Shown: positions 1 to 9,315, counted from the first letter of the stretch. The stretch is DNA of 64,000 bases from an uncultured Candidatus Saccharibacteria bacterium (GCA_964491455.1 CAZBFM010000001.1:149388-213387), one strand, 5' to 3'. Notes: generated by a model from the sequence alone, not told the origin. Numbers and translations: made by a program.

Positions 1-1190
1 GCAGTCATCTCGGATTCAGCGGTGCCGACGGTACGGATTTTCGAGGCAGACGCTTCGGCTTCCTTCGCGGCGGCTTTGGCTCCCGCGTCAGCGGCGATGT
101 TTCGAGCTTCGCCCTCAGCATTGGCTTCGATGATCTTTTTGGCTTTGACGCCATCAGCTTCGATTGCCTTTGCCCGTGCGTCGGCTTCGGCCTTCTTGAT
201 CACCGTTGCCTTGAGTTCGGCTTCCGTGAGTTCAGCGACCGAGCCCTGCAGCTTGATGCGCGCCTTGGTTTCCGCTTCTTCCGAGTCGACGACTGCAACC
301 CTCACAGCCTGTGAAGCGACGGCAGTCGCAAGAGGCCCCGCCTGTTCAGCTTTCGCTCGTTCAGTGGCAACCTCACCATCGTAGACGGCTTTGCGCTTGT
401 TGAGTTCACGTTCAGCATCAGCAGTCTGTCCGTCGTTGGCTGCCTTCGTGACCGCAGCTTCTCGCTGGGCGGTCGACGTTTCGACGGTCTGCCGACGAGT
501 TTGCTCTGCGGTACGAATTTCCGCTTCGGCTTTCACTTCGGCGATCTTCGGCTTGCCCTGAGCGATGATGTAGCCGTTGTCGTCGGTGATTTCCTGCAGG
601 TTGAGCATCAGGAGCTTGAAGCCCAAGTGGGCGAGCTCCTTACCGGCTGTCTCCTGAGTCGTTGCATTGAATTTGGAGCGTTCCGATAGGATGGTCTCCA
701 TGTCCGTCTGCGAAATGACCTGGCGGAACTGACCTTCGAGCGTTGCATGAGCGATGCTCTGAATTTCAGCCTGCGTCTTGCGACCGAACTTGCGCGCCGC
801 ATTGGCGAGAAGTTCTTCGTCTTCACCGATACAGACGGTGGCGACGGCTTTGACGTTGATTGGAACGCGGTCCTTGTTGGGCGCGTTCTTCAGCTCCAGG
901 GTGACCTGGAAGGCAGATAGGTCCATTTCGAACCAATCATTGAGCAGGGGAACCAACAACTTGGCTCCGCCCGTGACGATCTGCTGTTTGCCCTTACCGA
1001 ATACCACCAACGCCTTGTTGGGCGGTACCTTGTAGTACAAATTCGCCATCTTCTTTACGAGGAAGAGTCCGGCGAGGACGAGCGCGAGCATCATGAGCGG
1101 GATTGCGATGACAGACAGGAGCTTTTCCAAGCCTCCGGCTGAAGTTTCAACCACGCCATTGGTAGTGGCAGCTAGGAGAATTGATTGCAT
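1..1190 (-). CDS. Flotillin-like SPFH/band-7 domain protein; 5' start in the window, C-terminus continues past the window start. Not in the ORF track because it has no stop inside the window
   Basis: Manual reverse-strand translation from the ATG at 1190 gives MQSILLAATTNGVVETSAGGLEKLLSVIAIPLMMLALVLAGLFLVKKMANLYYKVPPNKALVVFGKGKQQIVTGGAKLLVPLL... Single N-terminal TM then SPFH core, followed by a long Ala/Glu/Lys-rich coiled-coil tail. The +strand ORF 22..384 is its Ala-rich antisense shadow. Confidence 0.75.
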   Translation of the reverse strand, partial: MQSILLAATTNGVVETSAGGLEKLLSVIAIPLMMLALVLAGLFLVKKMANLYYKVPPNKALVVFGKGKQQIVTGGAKLLVPLLNDWFEMDLSAFQVTLELKNAPNKDRVPINVKAVATVCIGEDEELLANAARKFGRKTQAEIQSIAHATLEGQFRQVISQTDMETILSERSKFNATTQETAGKELAHLGFKLLMLNLQEITDDNGYIIAQGKPKIAEVKAEAEIRTAEQTRRQTVETSTAQREAAVTKAANDGQTADAERELNKRKAVYDGEVATERAKAEQAGPLATAVASQAVRVAVVDSEEAETKARIKLQGSVAELTEAELKATVIKKAEADARAKAIEADGVKAKKIIEANAEGEARNIAADAGAKAAAKEAEASASKIRTVGTAESEMT

Positions 1191-1200
1191 GAGAGTTACC

Positions 1201-1833
1201 TTACTGATTGAAGGGTTTGATGGCGTTGCCATCCGGCGCGGTATGCGCCACGACATGAGCGGTGGAACCGTGAATGGAGAATACGGTGATTGCTACTCCC
1301 TCAGGGAGTGCGGTGCGGGTTGCGGATACTGCCAACATGAGCGTCGAGCCGGAGTCGAGTGAGATCGTCACACGTCCGGTACCCGTTGCGCTTATAGCTG
1401 TCTCGACGACGCCGGAACGACCGATGAGTGACGCGTTCCGAATAGTTCCCGAGGATTGACTTCGATAGAACGTATTGATGACGGCATACCCCATGCCGCC
1501 GATAACTGAACCCGCAAATCCTGCGGTAATCATCGAACCTAGGTTGCCTAGGCCGTTGAGAGCGCCGAAGTAGCCACCGACACCGCCACCGACGAGAAAA
1601 CACCACAGAACCTTGATGGAGAGCAGGCTCATGTTGCCATGGCCGCTCGAATCATGGTCGTTGTCGTGATCCGCATCATGATCGGTATCGTGATCTGTGT
1701 CATGGTCGCCGAACAGGAGGGAGAATCCCAATCCTACCAGACCAACCACCACCAGACCGATATACACGAACTCCAGGTAGAGGCGCCCGAGGGCGCTTTC
1801 AGCTACCAACATACTGTACATACAACACCTCAT
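1201..1833 (-). CDS. NfeD-like membrane protein (flotillin partner) with a (D-H) dipeptide repeat; start uncertain
   Basis: N-terminal TM helices, Gly-rich membrane segment and a C-terminal OB-fold-like beta region, typical of short NfeD. It ends 11 nt before the flotillin start. An internal DHDTDHDTDHDADHDNDHDSSGH repeat is present. Confidence 0.65.
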   Translation of the reverse strand: MRCCMYSMLVAESALGRLYLEFVYIGLVVVGLVGLGFSLLFGDHDTDHDTDHDADHDNDHDSSGHGNMSLLSIKVLWCFLVGGGVGGYFGALNGLGNLGSMITAGFAGSVIGGMGYAVINTFYRSQSSGTIRNASLIGRSGVVETAISATGTGRVTISLDSGSTLMLAVSATRTALPEGVAITVFSIHGSTAHVVAHTAPDGNAIKPFNQ

Positions 1834-1883
1834 TTCGAATTGTCAGAGAGCTGACCTGCTGGCGAATGCCCACAGTAGAAACG

Positions 1884-1912
1884 TATATAACAAATAATTG
1901 ACTAGATGTCAA
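1884..1912 (-). promoter_or_regulatory. Sigma70-like promoter for the nfeD-flotillin operon
   Basis: On the minus strand, TTGACA (revcomp of 1907..1912), a 17-nt spacer, then TATATA (1884..1889), about 50 nt upstream of the nfeD start. Confidence 0.45.
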
Positions 1913-1925
1913 TATACCTGCAGTA

Positions 1926-1953
1926 ACAAAAAACCCTACTCTGGAGAGTAGGG
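1926..1953 (-). terminator. Rho-independent terminator downstream of the pspC-domain gene
   Basis: Hairpin ccctactct-ggag-agagtaggg followed on the minus strand by TTTTTTG. Confidence 0.6.
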
Positions 1954-1961
1954 CGTGGAGC

Positions 1962-2192
1962 TTACGGTTCGGTACGAGCAGCGAAGTCATCTGGCAGCTT
2001 ACGCCATTCAGGAACGAATACCCAGAGAAGTAAGTAGATCGGGACTCCGATCCCCCAGGCGAAGGTTAAAAGAAAGTACGCGAGGCGAATAATCCAAGAG
2101 GGAATGCCAAGCATGTACGCGAGACCCGCACAGACACCCCCGGCCCAGCGTGAACCAGACGGAGCACGAAGAAATTTCTTCATACAATGCAC
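1962..2192 (-). CDS. PspC-domain membrane protein
   Basis: GGVCAGLAYMLGIPSWIIRLAYFLL matches the PspC domain signature. Small with one or two TM segments. Confidence 0.6.
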   Translation of the reverse strand: MHCMKKFLRAPSGSRWAGGVCAGLAYMLGIPSWIIRLAYFLLTFAWGIGVPIYLLLWVFVPEWRKLPDDFAARTEP

Positions 2193-2249
2193 CTTTCAAG
2201 AAACGTAAATTAATAATACCGTAGTAATCGTAATTGTCAATAACATTGC

Positions 2250-2744
2250 GTGTCTGAAATACAAGAATATAATAAAGGGATGATTTATCTTGCATCAGAT
2301 CACCGTGGTTTTGAAATGAAGAAAAAGGTGAAGGAGTGGCTTGATGAAATGAAGGCTGAGTATGCTGATTGTGGCCCTGTGACGTACAATGAGAATGATG
2401 ATTATCCAGATTTCATCGGGCTTGCTGCTGCAAAAATTGCCGAGGACCCGACAAATAATCGAGGTATTGTTTTTGGAGCAACGGGACAAGGAGAGGCAAT
2501 GGTTGCCAATCGACGACGAGGCGTGCGTGCCATTGTATTCTATGGCGGACCGATCGAAATTGTTCGACTAGGGAGACTTCATAATGCCGCCAATGTTCTT
2601 GCGTTGGGTGTCTCGCCAGGAAATACTATCGCTGAAGGCGTGGCGATCGATGTTGATATTGTTCGTGAAGCGGTGCAGGTGTTTCTGTCTACGGATTTCT
2701 TGCCGGAAGAGCGCCATGTTCGTCGGTTAGCGAAGCTCGATTAA
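2250..2744 (+). CDS. rpiB: Ribose-5-phosphate isomerase B (RpiB/LacAB family)
   Basis: IYLASDHRGFEMKKKV..., GIVFGATGQGEAMVANRRRGVRAIVFYGG; about 160 aa, typical of RpiB. Confidence 0.85.
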   Translation: MSEIQEYNKGMIYLASDHRGFEMKKKVKEWLDEMKAEYADCGPVTYNENDDYPDFIGLAAAKIAEDPTNNRGIVFGATGQGEAMVANRRRGVRAIVFYGGPIEIVRLGRLHNAANVLALGVSPGNTIAEGVAIDVDIVREAVQVFLSTDFLPEERHVRRLAKLD

Positions 2745-2752
2745 TCGCTGGT

Positions 2753-3394
2753 ATGGTGGAGATTATTCCTGCCATTATGACCGAGTCGGATGAAGAGTTT
2801 GTTCGCCACATTCATCTTTTAGAGCGAAGTGGAATCAAACGCGTACATCTTGATATTTCAGATGGTATTTTTGTTCGCATGAAGACCATCCTGGGTCACG
2901 AACAGCTCCGCCGCATCACCACGAGTCTCCAATTTGATGTGCATCTTATGGTGCAGAAGCCAGAAATACAGTGTTCTCGGTGGTGTGACATATCCAATAT
3001 ATCGCGATTTATTGTTCACGTGGAAACAACACAGCTGTTTCCGCAGTTACGAGAGCAAACACTCCAGCTGCGGAAAGAACTCGTGGCAGCTCTGAATCCC
3101 GAAACGTCATTGAGTCGCCTGGAGAGCGTGCTTCCTCATGTGGATATGGTGCAATTCATGACGATTCATCCTGGCGCGCAAGGTCGCACATTCCTGCCTC
3201 AATCGCTTGATAGAGTAACTGAATTTCATGCACAGCAACCGGAGATACACATTATGGTGGATGGCGGGATTAACCCTCATACTATTTCACAATGCGTGCA
3301 CGCTGGAGCGACGCACGTTGTCTCAGGAAGTTTTGTGATGCGATCTGCCGATCACTTGCGAGCGCTTCGAGAGCTCGAGGAAGCGGTGCGGTGA
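2753..3394 (+). CDS. rpe: Ribulose-phosphate 3-epimerase
   Basis: IIPAIM (IAPSIL-like), HLDISDGIFV, DVHLMV, HVETT, MTIHPGAQGRTF, MVDGGIN. Confidence 0.8.
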   Translation: MVEIIPAIMTESDEEFVRHIHLLERSGIKRVHLDISDGIFVRMKTILGHEQLRRITTSLQFDVHLMVQKPEIQCSRWCDISNISRFIVHVETTQLFPQLREQTLQLRKELVAALNPETSLSRLESVLPHVDMVQFMTIHPGAQGRTFLPQSLDRVTEFHAQQPEIHIMVDGGINPHTISQCVHAGATHVVSGSFVMRSADHLRALRELEEAVR

Positions 3395-3421
3395 TATGAT
3401 ATACTGAAGTCACTTGGAGGG

Positions 3422-4408
3422 ATGAATTACGATATCATTTCAATCGGGTCTGCAACGCACGACGTTTTTTTGAATGCTGAGCACTTTCAGATACTCGATA
3501 GTCATGAGTTTATTGCTGGGAAGGGAATTTGTATTCCTCTGGGCGGAAAAATACGAGTAGAGCGTATTTCGTTCTCGTCGGGTGGTGGAGGCACGAATGC
3601 CGCCGTCACTTTCGCGCGCCAAGGATTGCGAACTGCATGTCTCGGGAGTATCGGCAACGATGCATACGGGGCAATGATTTTGGACGAGCTGCGTCGAGAG
3701 GGCGTGGATGCCAAGTATGTTCAGCTACGTCACGAGGATACGACGGCATATTCTGTTATTTTGGTGACCAGAAGCGGAGAACGAACCGTGTTGGCGTACG
3801 TTGGTGAAGGGGCGCATTGGGACGTCGACGCTATCGCATGGGAAATGCTAGTCGCCCCATGGATGTATGTAAATTCTCTTGGTGGCAACCTGGAATTGTT
3901 GAAGCGAATTGTGCTGGAGGCAAAAAAGACGGGTCGACACCTTGCAACCAATCCCGGCGGGAAAGAGATTGAGATGGGGTTAGACGTGCTGGCACCACTT
4001 TGGAAGTCCTTTGATATCGTGGGGGTCAATCAGGAAGAGGCAGCGCAGCTCACGGGCTTACCCTATGATCGTGAAGAGGCAATCTTTCGAAAAATGGACG
4101 ACGCCGTTGGTGGTATTTTTATTATGACAAAAGGGAGTAAGGGTATTACGGTTTCTGACGGACATTATCTGTATTCAGCTGGCATTCCTAATCGTGATGT
4201 CGTCGAGCGCACCGGGGCGGGGGACGCGTTTCATTCAGCGTTTATCGCAGAATTTATGCGTTCTGGCTCGATTGAGAAAGCAATTCAAATGGGAACGGCA
4301 AATGCGACATCGGTTGTATTGTTCTACGGCGCTAAAAAGGGAATCTTGCGAAAGAATGATATCGGGCCGGCGCCTCTCGTGATGGTGCATAAAAAGAGGT
4401 TGGTATAA
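3422..4408 (+). CDS. PfkB-family carbohydrate kinase (ribokinase/phosphofructokinase-B-like)
   Basis: GGKIRVERISFSSGGGGTNAA (GG motif region) and GAGDAFHSAFIAEF (PfkB signature 2). Confidence 0.8.
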   Translation: MNYDIISIGSATHDVFLNAEHFQILDSHEFIAGKGICIPLGGKIRVERISFSSGGGGTNAAVTFARQGLRTACLGSIGNDAYGAMILDELRREGVDAKYVQLRHEDTTAYSVILVTRSGERTVLAYVGEGAHWDVDAIAWEMLVAPWMYVNSLGGNLELLKRIVLEAKKTGRHLATNPGGKEIEMGLDVLAPLWKSFDIVGVNQEEAAQLTGLPYDREEAIFRKMDDAVGGIFIMTKGSKGITVSDGHYLYSAGIPNRDVVERTGAGDAFHSAFIAEFMRSGSIEKAIQMGTANATSVVLFYGAKKGILRKNDIGPAPLVMVHKKRLV

Positions 4409-4419
4409 ATCAAATCGCC

Positions 4420-5685
4420 ATGGATTCTCCTCACCAAAAACTAGGAAGGCTACTCCGCACAAAGCCTGAAGTTCTCGAAGCGATGGAGCGTAAGATGAAC
4501 CGTATTTCGGGGCAACAGGGCGTTTTGTTCGATATTCAGCGGCAGATCGAGATCACTGTTGAGCGAACGCTTGCTGGGTTGGGTTTGTCATCGAACGATT
4601 CAGCGGAAGATGTGAAGCGTGTGCTTGCGGAGCGAACGACACACCTCGACGGGCACCTCTATCGAATGCTCGGAAAGCCTGACTTATCAAATCCGACCGT
4701 GGCGTGCCAGCAACTCTGTTCCGTTATTTCGAAGGTGTTCACGCCGCCCAAGGGGCTTTTTATAAAACACGAGGTAGCGATGCGAATGCTAGAAAAATAT
4801 CCACCTAAGAATTTATTGGATCACTTTGGCTACTCGAGTATCGCTGAGCTTTTTGAGAAGGAAGGCTTTGCTTCGGTGATGGCGTCGTTGAGATTTTCTC
4901 AAACGCAGGAGTGGATGCACCAATTCTTCGATGTTGCATATGGAGAGCTCACGGCAAGTGATTTTGAGGAGCGTGATGTTGAGCATCTAATCTTGGATGA
5001 AAAATGGGTTCATGTAGCCGAAAAATATATGGCGAAGAAGTATCACAACGTATCTCACCTCAAAGAATTTGGCGTGATATTCATTGTGCCAATTGATATC
5101 ACAAAACCGGGAGCAACCCTACAAGTGTTCACGCTCATTCTGCACTATCTTCATGAGGTGCCGTTTTACGCTAGTCTATTTCGAAGATATCGCGACGAAA
5201 AGGATTTTGCCACGACATTCAAAAGCTTGCTTCGGGGGGATGTACCATCGGGAAGCGCGCCCGACCATGGCAAGATGACGTGGCGCATTGTGCAGCGCTA
5301 TCTTACCAAGGACAATCCGGATGACTTTCGACTATTCGAGCCTCATGTGAATCCGGAGGCCGATCACTGGTGGCGAGCGGAGGAAGATATCGGAAGGCTC
5401 TCGCGAATCCTTGGGACGCATACGGGGGAGCTTGATCTAGGCTGGTGGAGTGGCTTGGATTTTGTTGGCGCGGAAATAATGAGTGTTGCATCGGGGAGGC
5501 CAGAGCTCATCAGTTTTGATCTTATCGACCTTCTTATGACTGTCGTGCATGGGTCTAACTCGCAATTTTTGTATCATCAACAGGAATCACTCTGGAACAA
5601 GATCTTTGTCGAATACATGGGGCGAGAGCGCATGCATTCACTGATCGAAGAGAATTTGGTTACTGGCTTCATAGATCTGTCATGA
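4420..5685 (+). CDS. Hypothetical 421-aa protein with no recognisable family, embedded in the sugar-phosphate cluster
   Basis: Long ORF with balanced composition. It is tightly packed between the PfkB kinase and fba, and its TGA overlaps the fba ATG (ATGA). Confidence 0.55.
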   Translation: MDSPHQKLGRLLRTKPEVLEAMERKMNRISGQQGVLFDIQRQIEITVERTLAGLGLSSNDSAEDVKRVLAERTTHLDGHLYRMLGKPDLSNPTVACQQLCSVISKVFTPPKGLFIKHEVAMRMLEKYPPKNLLDHFGYSSIAELFEKEGFASVMASLRFSQTQEWMHQFFDVAYGELTASDFEERDVEHLILDEKWVHVAEKYMAKKYHNVSHLKEFGVIFIVPIDITKPGATLQVFTLILHYLHEVPFYASLFRRYRDEKDFATTFKSLLRGDVPSGSAPDHGKMTWRIVQRYLTKDNPDDFRLFEPHVNPEADHWWRAEEDIGRLSRILGTHTGELDLGWWSGLDFVGAEIMSVASGRPELISFDLIDLLMTVVHGSNSQFLYHQQESLWNKIFVEYMGRERMHSLIEENLVTGFIDLS

Positions 5686-6545
5686 AAGCACTTCAGGAAT
5701 ATTTTTTGCAAGCGAGACACGAGGGCTGGGCAATCGGCCACTTCAACTTTGCGACAGCAGATGTGTTGCGTGCAATTGTGGAAGGAGCGCAGATTGGCGG
5801 AGCGCCATGCGTGATGGTTGGTACGAGCCCGGGCGAGGCCGAATTTCTTGGCCTTGATACTGCGGTAGCTCTCGTGCGGGCAATCCGAGAAGCTTCGGGT
5901 TTTCCCGTGTTTCTGAATGCTGATCATTTTAAGTCGTTTGATGCCTGCAGAGCCGCTATTGATGCGGGGTACGATACGGTGCTGTTTGACGGCGCCTCGC
6001 TGCCCTATGACGTGAATGTGATCGAGACGCGTCGTTTGTGGCAGTATGCACAGTCAAAGCGAGGGAGCTATATGATAGAAGGCGAGCTCGGCGTAATGCG
6101 AGGTTCAAGTGAAATGCAAAAGAGCATCGCTATTAGCTCGAGTGATTTCACAAAGCCTGAGCAAGCTGAAGATTTTGTGCGTCGCACGGGAGTAGAGCGT
6201 CTAGCTATAGTCTTTGGAAATATTCATGGAATTGTAACGGATCAAAAAGAATCACTTGATCTCGATCACCTCCGCACGGTGCTGAATGCGGTCCCTGATG
6301 TAGCGATCGTGCTGCATGGAGCATCAGGGATTCCTGATGATATGATTGTGGACGCTATACGGGGCGGAATAACTAACGTGCATTTCAACACAGAGCTTCG
6401 CGTGGCGTATCAAAGAGGTATTGCGGAGACGATTGAAGCGCAACCCGACCAAACAACTCCTTACAAGTTACTCGCTCGCGCCGATCAGCACGTGCGCGAT
6501 CTCGTCGCGCAGAAGACTCGTGTTTTTATGCAAAGTAATTCGTAG
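5682..6545 (+). CDS. fba: Class II fructose/tagatose-bisphosphate aldolase
   Basis: GWAIGHFNFATADVLRAIVEGA, LNADHFKS, VFGNIHG, LHGASGIPDD (class II aldolase motifs). Confidence 0.85.
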   Translation: MKALQEYFLQARHEGWAIGHFNFATADVLRAIVEGAQIGGAPCVMVGTSPGEAEFLGLDTAVALVRAIREASGFPVFLNADHFKSFDACRAAIDAGYDTVLFDGASLPYDVNVIETRRLWQYAQSKRGSYMIEGELGVMRGSSEMQKSIAISSSDFTKPEQAEDFVRRTGVERLAIVFGNIHGIVTDQKESLDLDHLRTVLNAVPDVAIVLHGASGIPDDMIVDAIRGGITNVHFNTELRVAYQRGIAETIEAQPDQTTPYKLLARADQHVRDLVAQKTRVFMQSNS

Positions 6546-6673
6546 CTACTCCTGTAAAGTTACCCACAGTTTACACTGCTCTTAGGTCTGATATATTCGT
6601 TCGAACTCTTATGCGATCTAAGCCATCGTTGGCGTCGCATCGATGAGTCTGTATACAAATAAATCTATAATTC

Positions 6674-8419
6674 ATGAGCACGTCGTTTCGTGGTTGGAGA
6701 TCAGTCATAACGGGAACGGTGATAGTTATAACGATTGTCATGCCGTTTTTGCGTGGGATATCTAGCTCCGAAGCAGTTGTTGTTGCGACTACACTGTTTA
6801 CGGATGGTTTCGAATCAAATAATTTAAACAACTGGACATCAGTTGGTAGTGGATGGGGCGTATCTAGTAGTAATCCGCACACTGGCTCTCGAAGAGCGGG
6901 CATAAGCAGTGATACCGGGCAAAATCCGAATGAATTACGCAAGAATGTTTCGACCGTCGGTTACGATGGCATATCATTTGACTATTGGTATTTAGCGAAT
7001 GACTTAGAATCACAAGATTATACATTTGCTCAATGGTCATCCAATAGCGGTAATACATGGAATACCTTATTTTCCATTAATAGCACCGTTGATGACAATA
7101 CGTGGCATCACAACACGCATTCTCTTCCTGTTGATGCGGAGAATCTAGCTGCGTTTCGAATCCGATTCCTGGCAAACTTAAATAGCTCGAATGATTTCGT
7201 CAGAATTGATGACGTCACCGTTTCTGGATACGCGATTGCAACGCCAACGCCGACACCGAGTAATGAGCCAACTCCGACGCCGACACCGAGTGATGAGCCC
7301 ACCCCCACTCCTTCACCGTCCGCAACACCTCTGCCGGGATCGCGTATGGCGTATGGAACGCTTATCATAGAGAAGGTGATACGAGGTGGCACGAAGACCT
7401 TTACGGATTTTGCATTTGTCTTTGGAGGCGGAGAGAATGATCATTTTAATTCCGGAGGCAGAAATGAATACGTGCGTGCAGTTGGAACATACCTTGTTAG
7501 CGAGCCACCAACAGAGGGTTTCACCGCAACGTTTGGTGGAGATTGCGACGAACAAGGCCAAATAAGTGTCCTGGAAGGTCAAGCGGTCACGTGTGTGATT
7601 ACAAACACATATGCAACTTGGCAGGAGGGTGATCCAATCGCAACGCCTGCGCCAGCGTCACCAGTCGCCCCAAGCACGCCTCAATCGCAGGAGGAAGCAT
7701 CTTCCGAGCCAGTAGGGACATTGGTGGTCCAAAAGATCATCGTATTGTCATCCGCAAGCTTTACTGAATTTGGATTCACGGTAGCAAGTCAAACGCAACA
7801 ATTTGAGGCGGATGGGACGAATGCCGTAAGCCTGACTCCCGGTCAGTATACCGTTCAGGAGGTCGTTACTCAGGGATTTGAGGTGACATATTCCGGTTCT
7901 TGTGATGTAGGCGGCGTGGTGACTGTCGAACTGGGGCAGACTTCTACGTGTGTGATTACTAATACGTTAGCAGTCGGCGGTTTTAATCCAGGCGAAATCC
8001 AATCAACGCCGACTCCCAGTCCGACACCATTGGCTACACCAGCTCCACGTGCAGCTACAAGAGAGCGCGTTGATGCGGGGCGAGTGAGTGATGAGTCATC
8101 AGGAGTAACTCTCACACCCACGCCAGAAGCATCAAGATCTGATGAGCCATCGAATGATCAGGCAGCAGCAATCGGTACATTCTTGGGTCTTGATGTGTGC
8201 TCGAGTGCCGGACAGACGATGTGGTGGATTACTATGTTTGGACTCGCTATATTCTTGATGTGGTTTGGACGAACTCGTGGGTCGTATCCATTACTCATTC
8301 TTGCGTATTTTGTCATTTGGGCACTCTGGGCTGTTCAGATATGTTCATTTGGATTTGGCTGGATGCCGGCAATCATGGGAGGTGCAAGCTGGCTTGTCGC
8401 GGTGCCTCGTAAGTCGTAA
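6674..8419 (+). CDS. Secreted/cell-surface protein with an N-terminal beta-rich domain, PT-rich linkers, two tandem Cna-B/prealbumin-like domains and a C-terminal two-helix membrane anchor
   Basis: N-terminal hydrophobic signal/TM. PTPTPSNEPTPTPTPSDEPTPTPSPS linkers, also seen as a DNA direct repeat at about 7240..7320. Two paralogous ~90-aa domains end in ...TCVITNT. The C-terminus MWWITMFGLAIFLMWF...AIMGGASWLVAV is hydrophobic. Confidence 0.75.
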   Translation: MSTSFRGWRSVITGTVIVITIVMPFLRGISSSEAVVVATTLFTDGFESNNLNNWTSVGSGWGVSSSNPHTGSRRAGISSDTGQNPNELRKNVSTVGYDGISFDYWYLANDLESQDYTFAQWSSNSGNTWNTLFSINSTVDDNTWHHNTHSLPVDAENLAAFRIRFLANLNSSNDFVRIDDVTVSGYAIATPTPTPSNEPTPTPTPSDEPTPTPSPSATPLPGSRMAYGTLIIEKVIRGGTKTFTDFAFVFGGGENDHFNSGGRNEYVRAVGTYLVSEPPTEGFTATFGGDCDEQGQISVLEGQAVTCVITNTYATWQEGDPIATPAPASPVAPSTPQSQEEASSEPVGTLVVQKIIVLSSASFTEFGFTVASQTQQFEADGTNAVSLTPGQYTVQEVVTQGFEVTYSGSCDVGGVVTVELGQTSTCVITNTLAVGGFNPGEIQSTPTPSPTPLATPAPRAATRERVDAGRVSDESSGVTLTPTPEASRSDEPSNDQAAAIGTFLGLDVCSSAGQTMWWITMFGLAIFLMWFGRTRGSYPLLILAYFVIWALWAVQICSFGFGWMPAIMGGASWLVAVPRKS

Positions 8420-8428
8420 TCCTAAAAA

Positions 8429-8458
8429 AGACAACCCCCATTACGGGGGTTGTCTTTT
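8429..8458 (+). terminator. Rho-independent terminator
   Basis: agacaaccccc-atta-gggggttgtct followed by TTT. Confidence 0.7.
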
Positions 8459-8551
8459 AGCTGGTTCTCTAGTATAGTATGCGGACTTACTACAGATACC
8501 TTATGGTCTTCACGGCACTTCGGAGCCGCGAAGAAAGTAAAGGATCTTGCA

Positions 8552-9253
8552 ATGATGGCAAAAGCAAAATCTCAGACAAAGTTAGAAATATCCGCGGAGC
8601 CACGTGAAGTTGTCGGGCGTCGCGTGAAGCACATGCGAGCAGAGGGTATCCTCCCAGCTGTACTGTATGGTAAGGGCCAGGAAGCTCTCAATCTTCAGGT
8701 GCCAGTTCGTGATTTTGAGAAGGCATTTCGTCAGGCAGGTGAATCGACACTCATTTACTTGAATGTCGGAAAAGATTCCTACCCCACGATTATCAAGGAT
8801 GTTGCGCGTAACTTCTTGACGGGCGCAATCCTGCACGCTGACTTCTATAAGGTGTCTCTCACGGAGAAGATCAGGGCAATGGTACCTGTTGTGTTTATCG
8901 GAGAGAGTCTTGCGGTTAAGGATCTCAAGGCTATCTTTGTGCGTATTGCAAATGAACTCGAGGTAGAGGCGCTTCCTCAAAACTTGCCACACGAGATTAC
9001 CGTTGATATCAGTTCATTGAAAGCGTTCGGAGACCAGATAACGATTGCTGACCTTGCGGTCGCCGATGTGGCCTTCACTGCAGAAGCAGGTGATGTTGTT
9101 GCAACGGTTCAGGAGCCGAAGTCTGAAGCCGAACTCGAAGCAGAATTGGCCGCTCCAACGACCGACGTAACTGCAGTCGAAGAGATTAAGAAAGAGAAGC
9201 CAGCGGATGAGGGTGAGTCAGCTGATGGCGAAGCCGCAGCACCTCAAGAGTAA
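8552..9253 (+). CDS. rplY: Ribosomal protein L25/general stress protein Ctc with an acidic C-terminal tail
   Basis: ILPAVLYGKGQEALNLQV... is L25-like. The ATG at 8552 is in frame within track ORF 8450..9253. Confidence 0.85.
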   Translation: MMAKAKSQTKLEISAEPREVVGRRVKHMRAEGILPAVLYGKGQEALNLQVPVRDFEKAFRQAGESTLIYLNVGKDSYPTIIKDVARNFLTGAILHADFYKVSLTEKIRAMVPVVFIGESLAVKDLKAIFVRIANELEVEALPQNLPHEITVDISSLKAFGDQITIADLAVADVAFTAEAGDVVATVQEPKSEAELEAELAAPTTDVTAVEEIKKEKPADEGESADGEAAAPQE

Positions 9254-9267
9254 ACACCGCCATGAGT

Positions 9268-9302
9268 ACAACAAAACCCCTGTAACTAGGGGTTTTGTTG
9301 TA
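9268..9302. terminator. Bidirectional rho-independent terminator between rplY(+) and the downstream minus-strand gene
   Basis: acaacaaaacccc-tgtaacta-ggggttttgttgt with A/T runs on both sides. Confidence 0.65.
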
Positions 9303-9315
9303 CTCTCGAGCATTT

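Noticed and set aside
22-384. +strand 120-aa Ala-rich ORF
   Set aside because: Low-complexity antisense shadow of the real minus-strand flotillin gene (1..1190), which translates cleanly from the ATG at 1190.
6571-6942. 123-aa minus-strand ORF
   Set aside because: It overlaps the start and signal region of the large surface-protein gene on the + strand and has no RBS or family.
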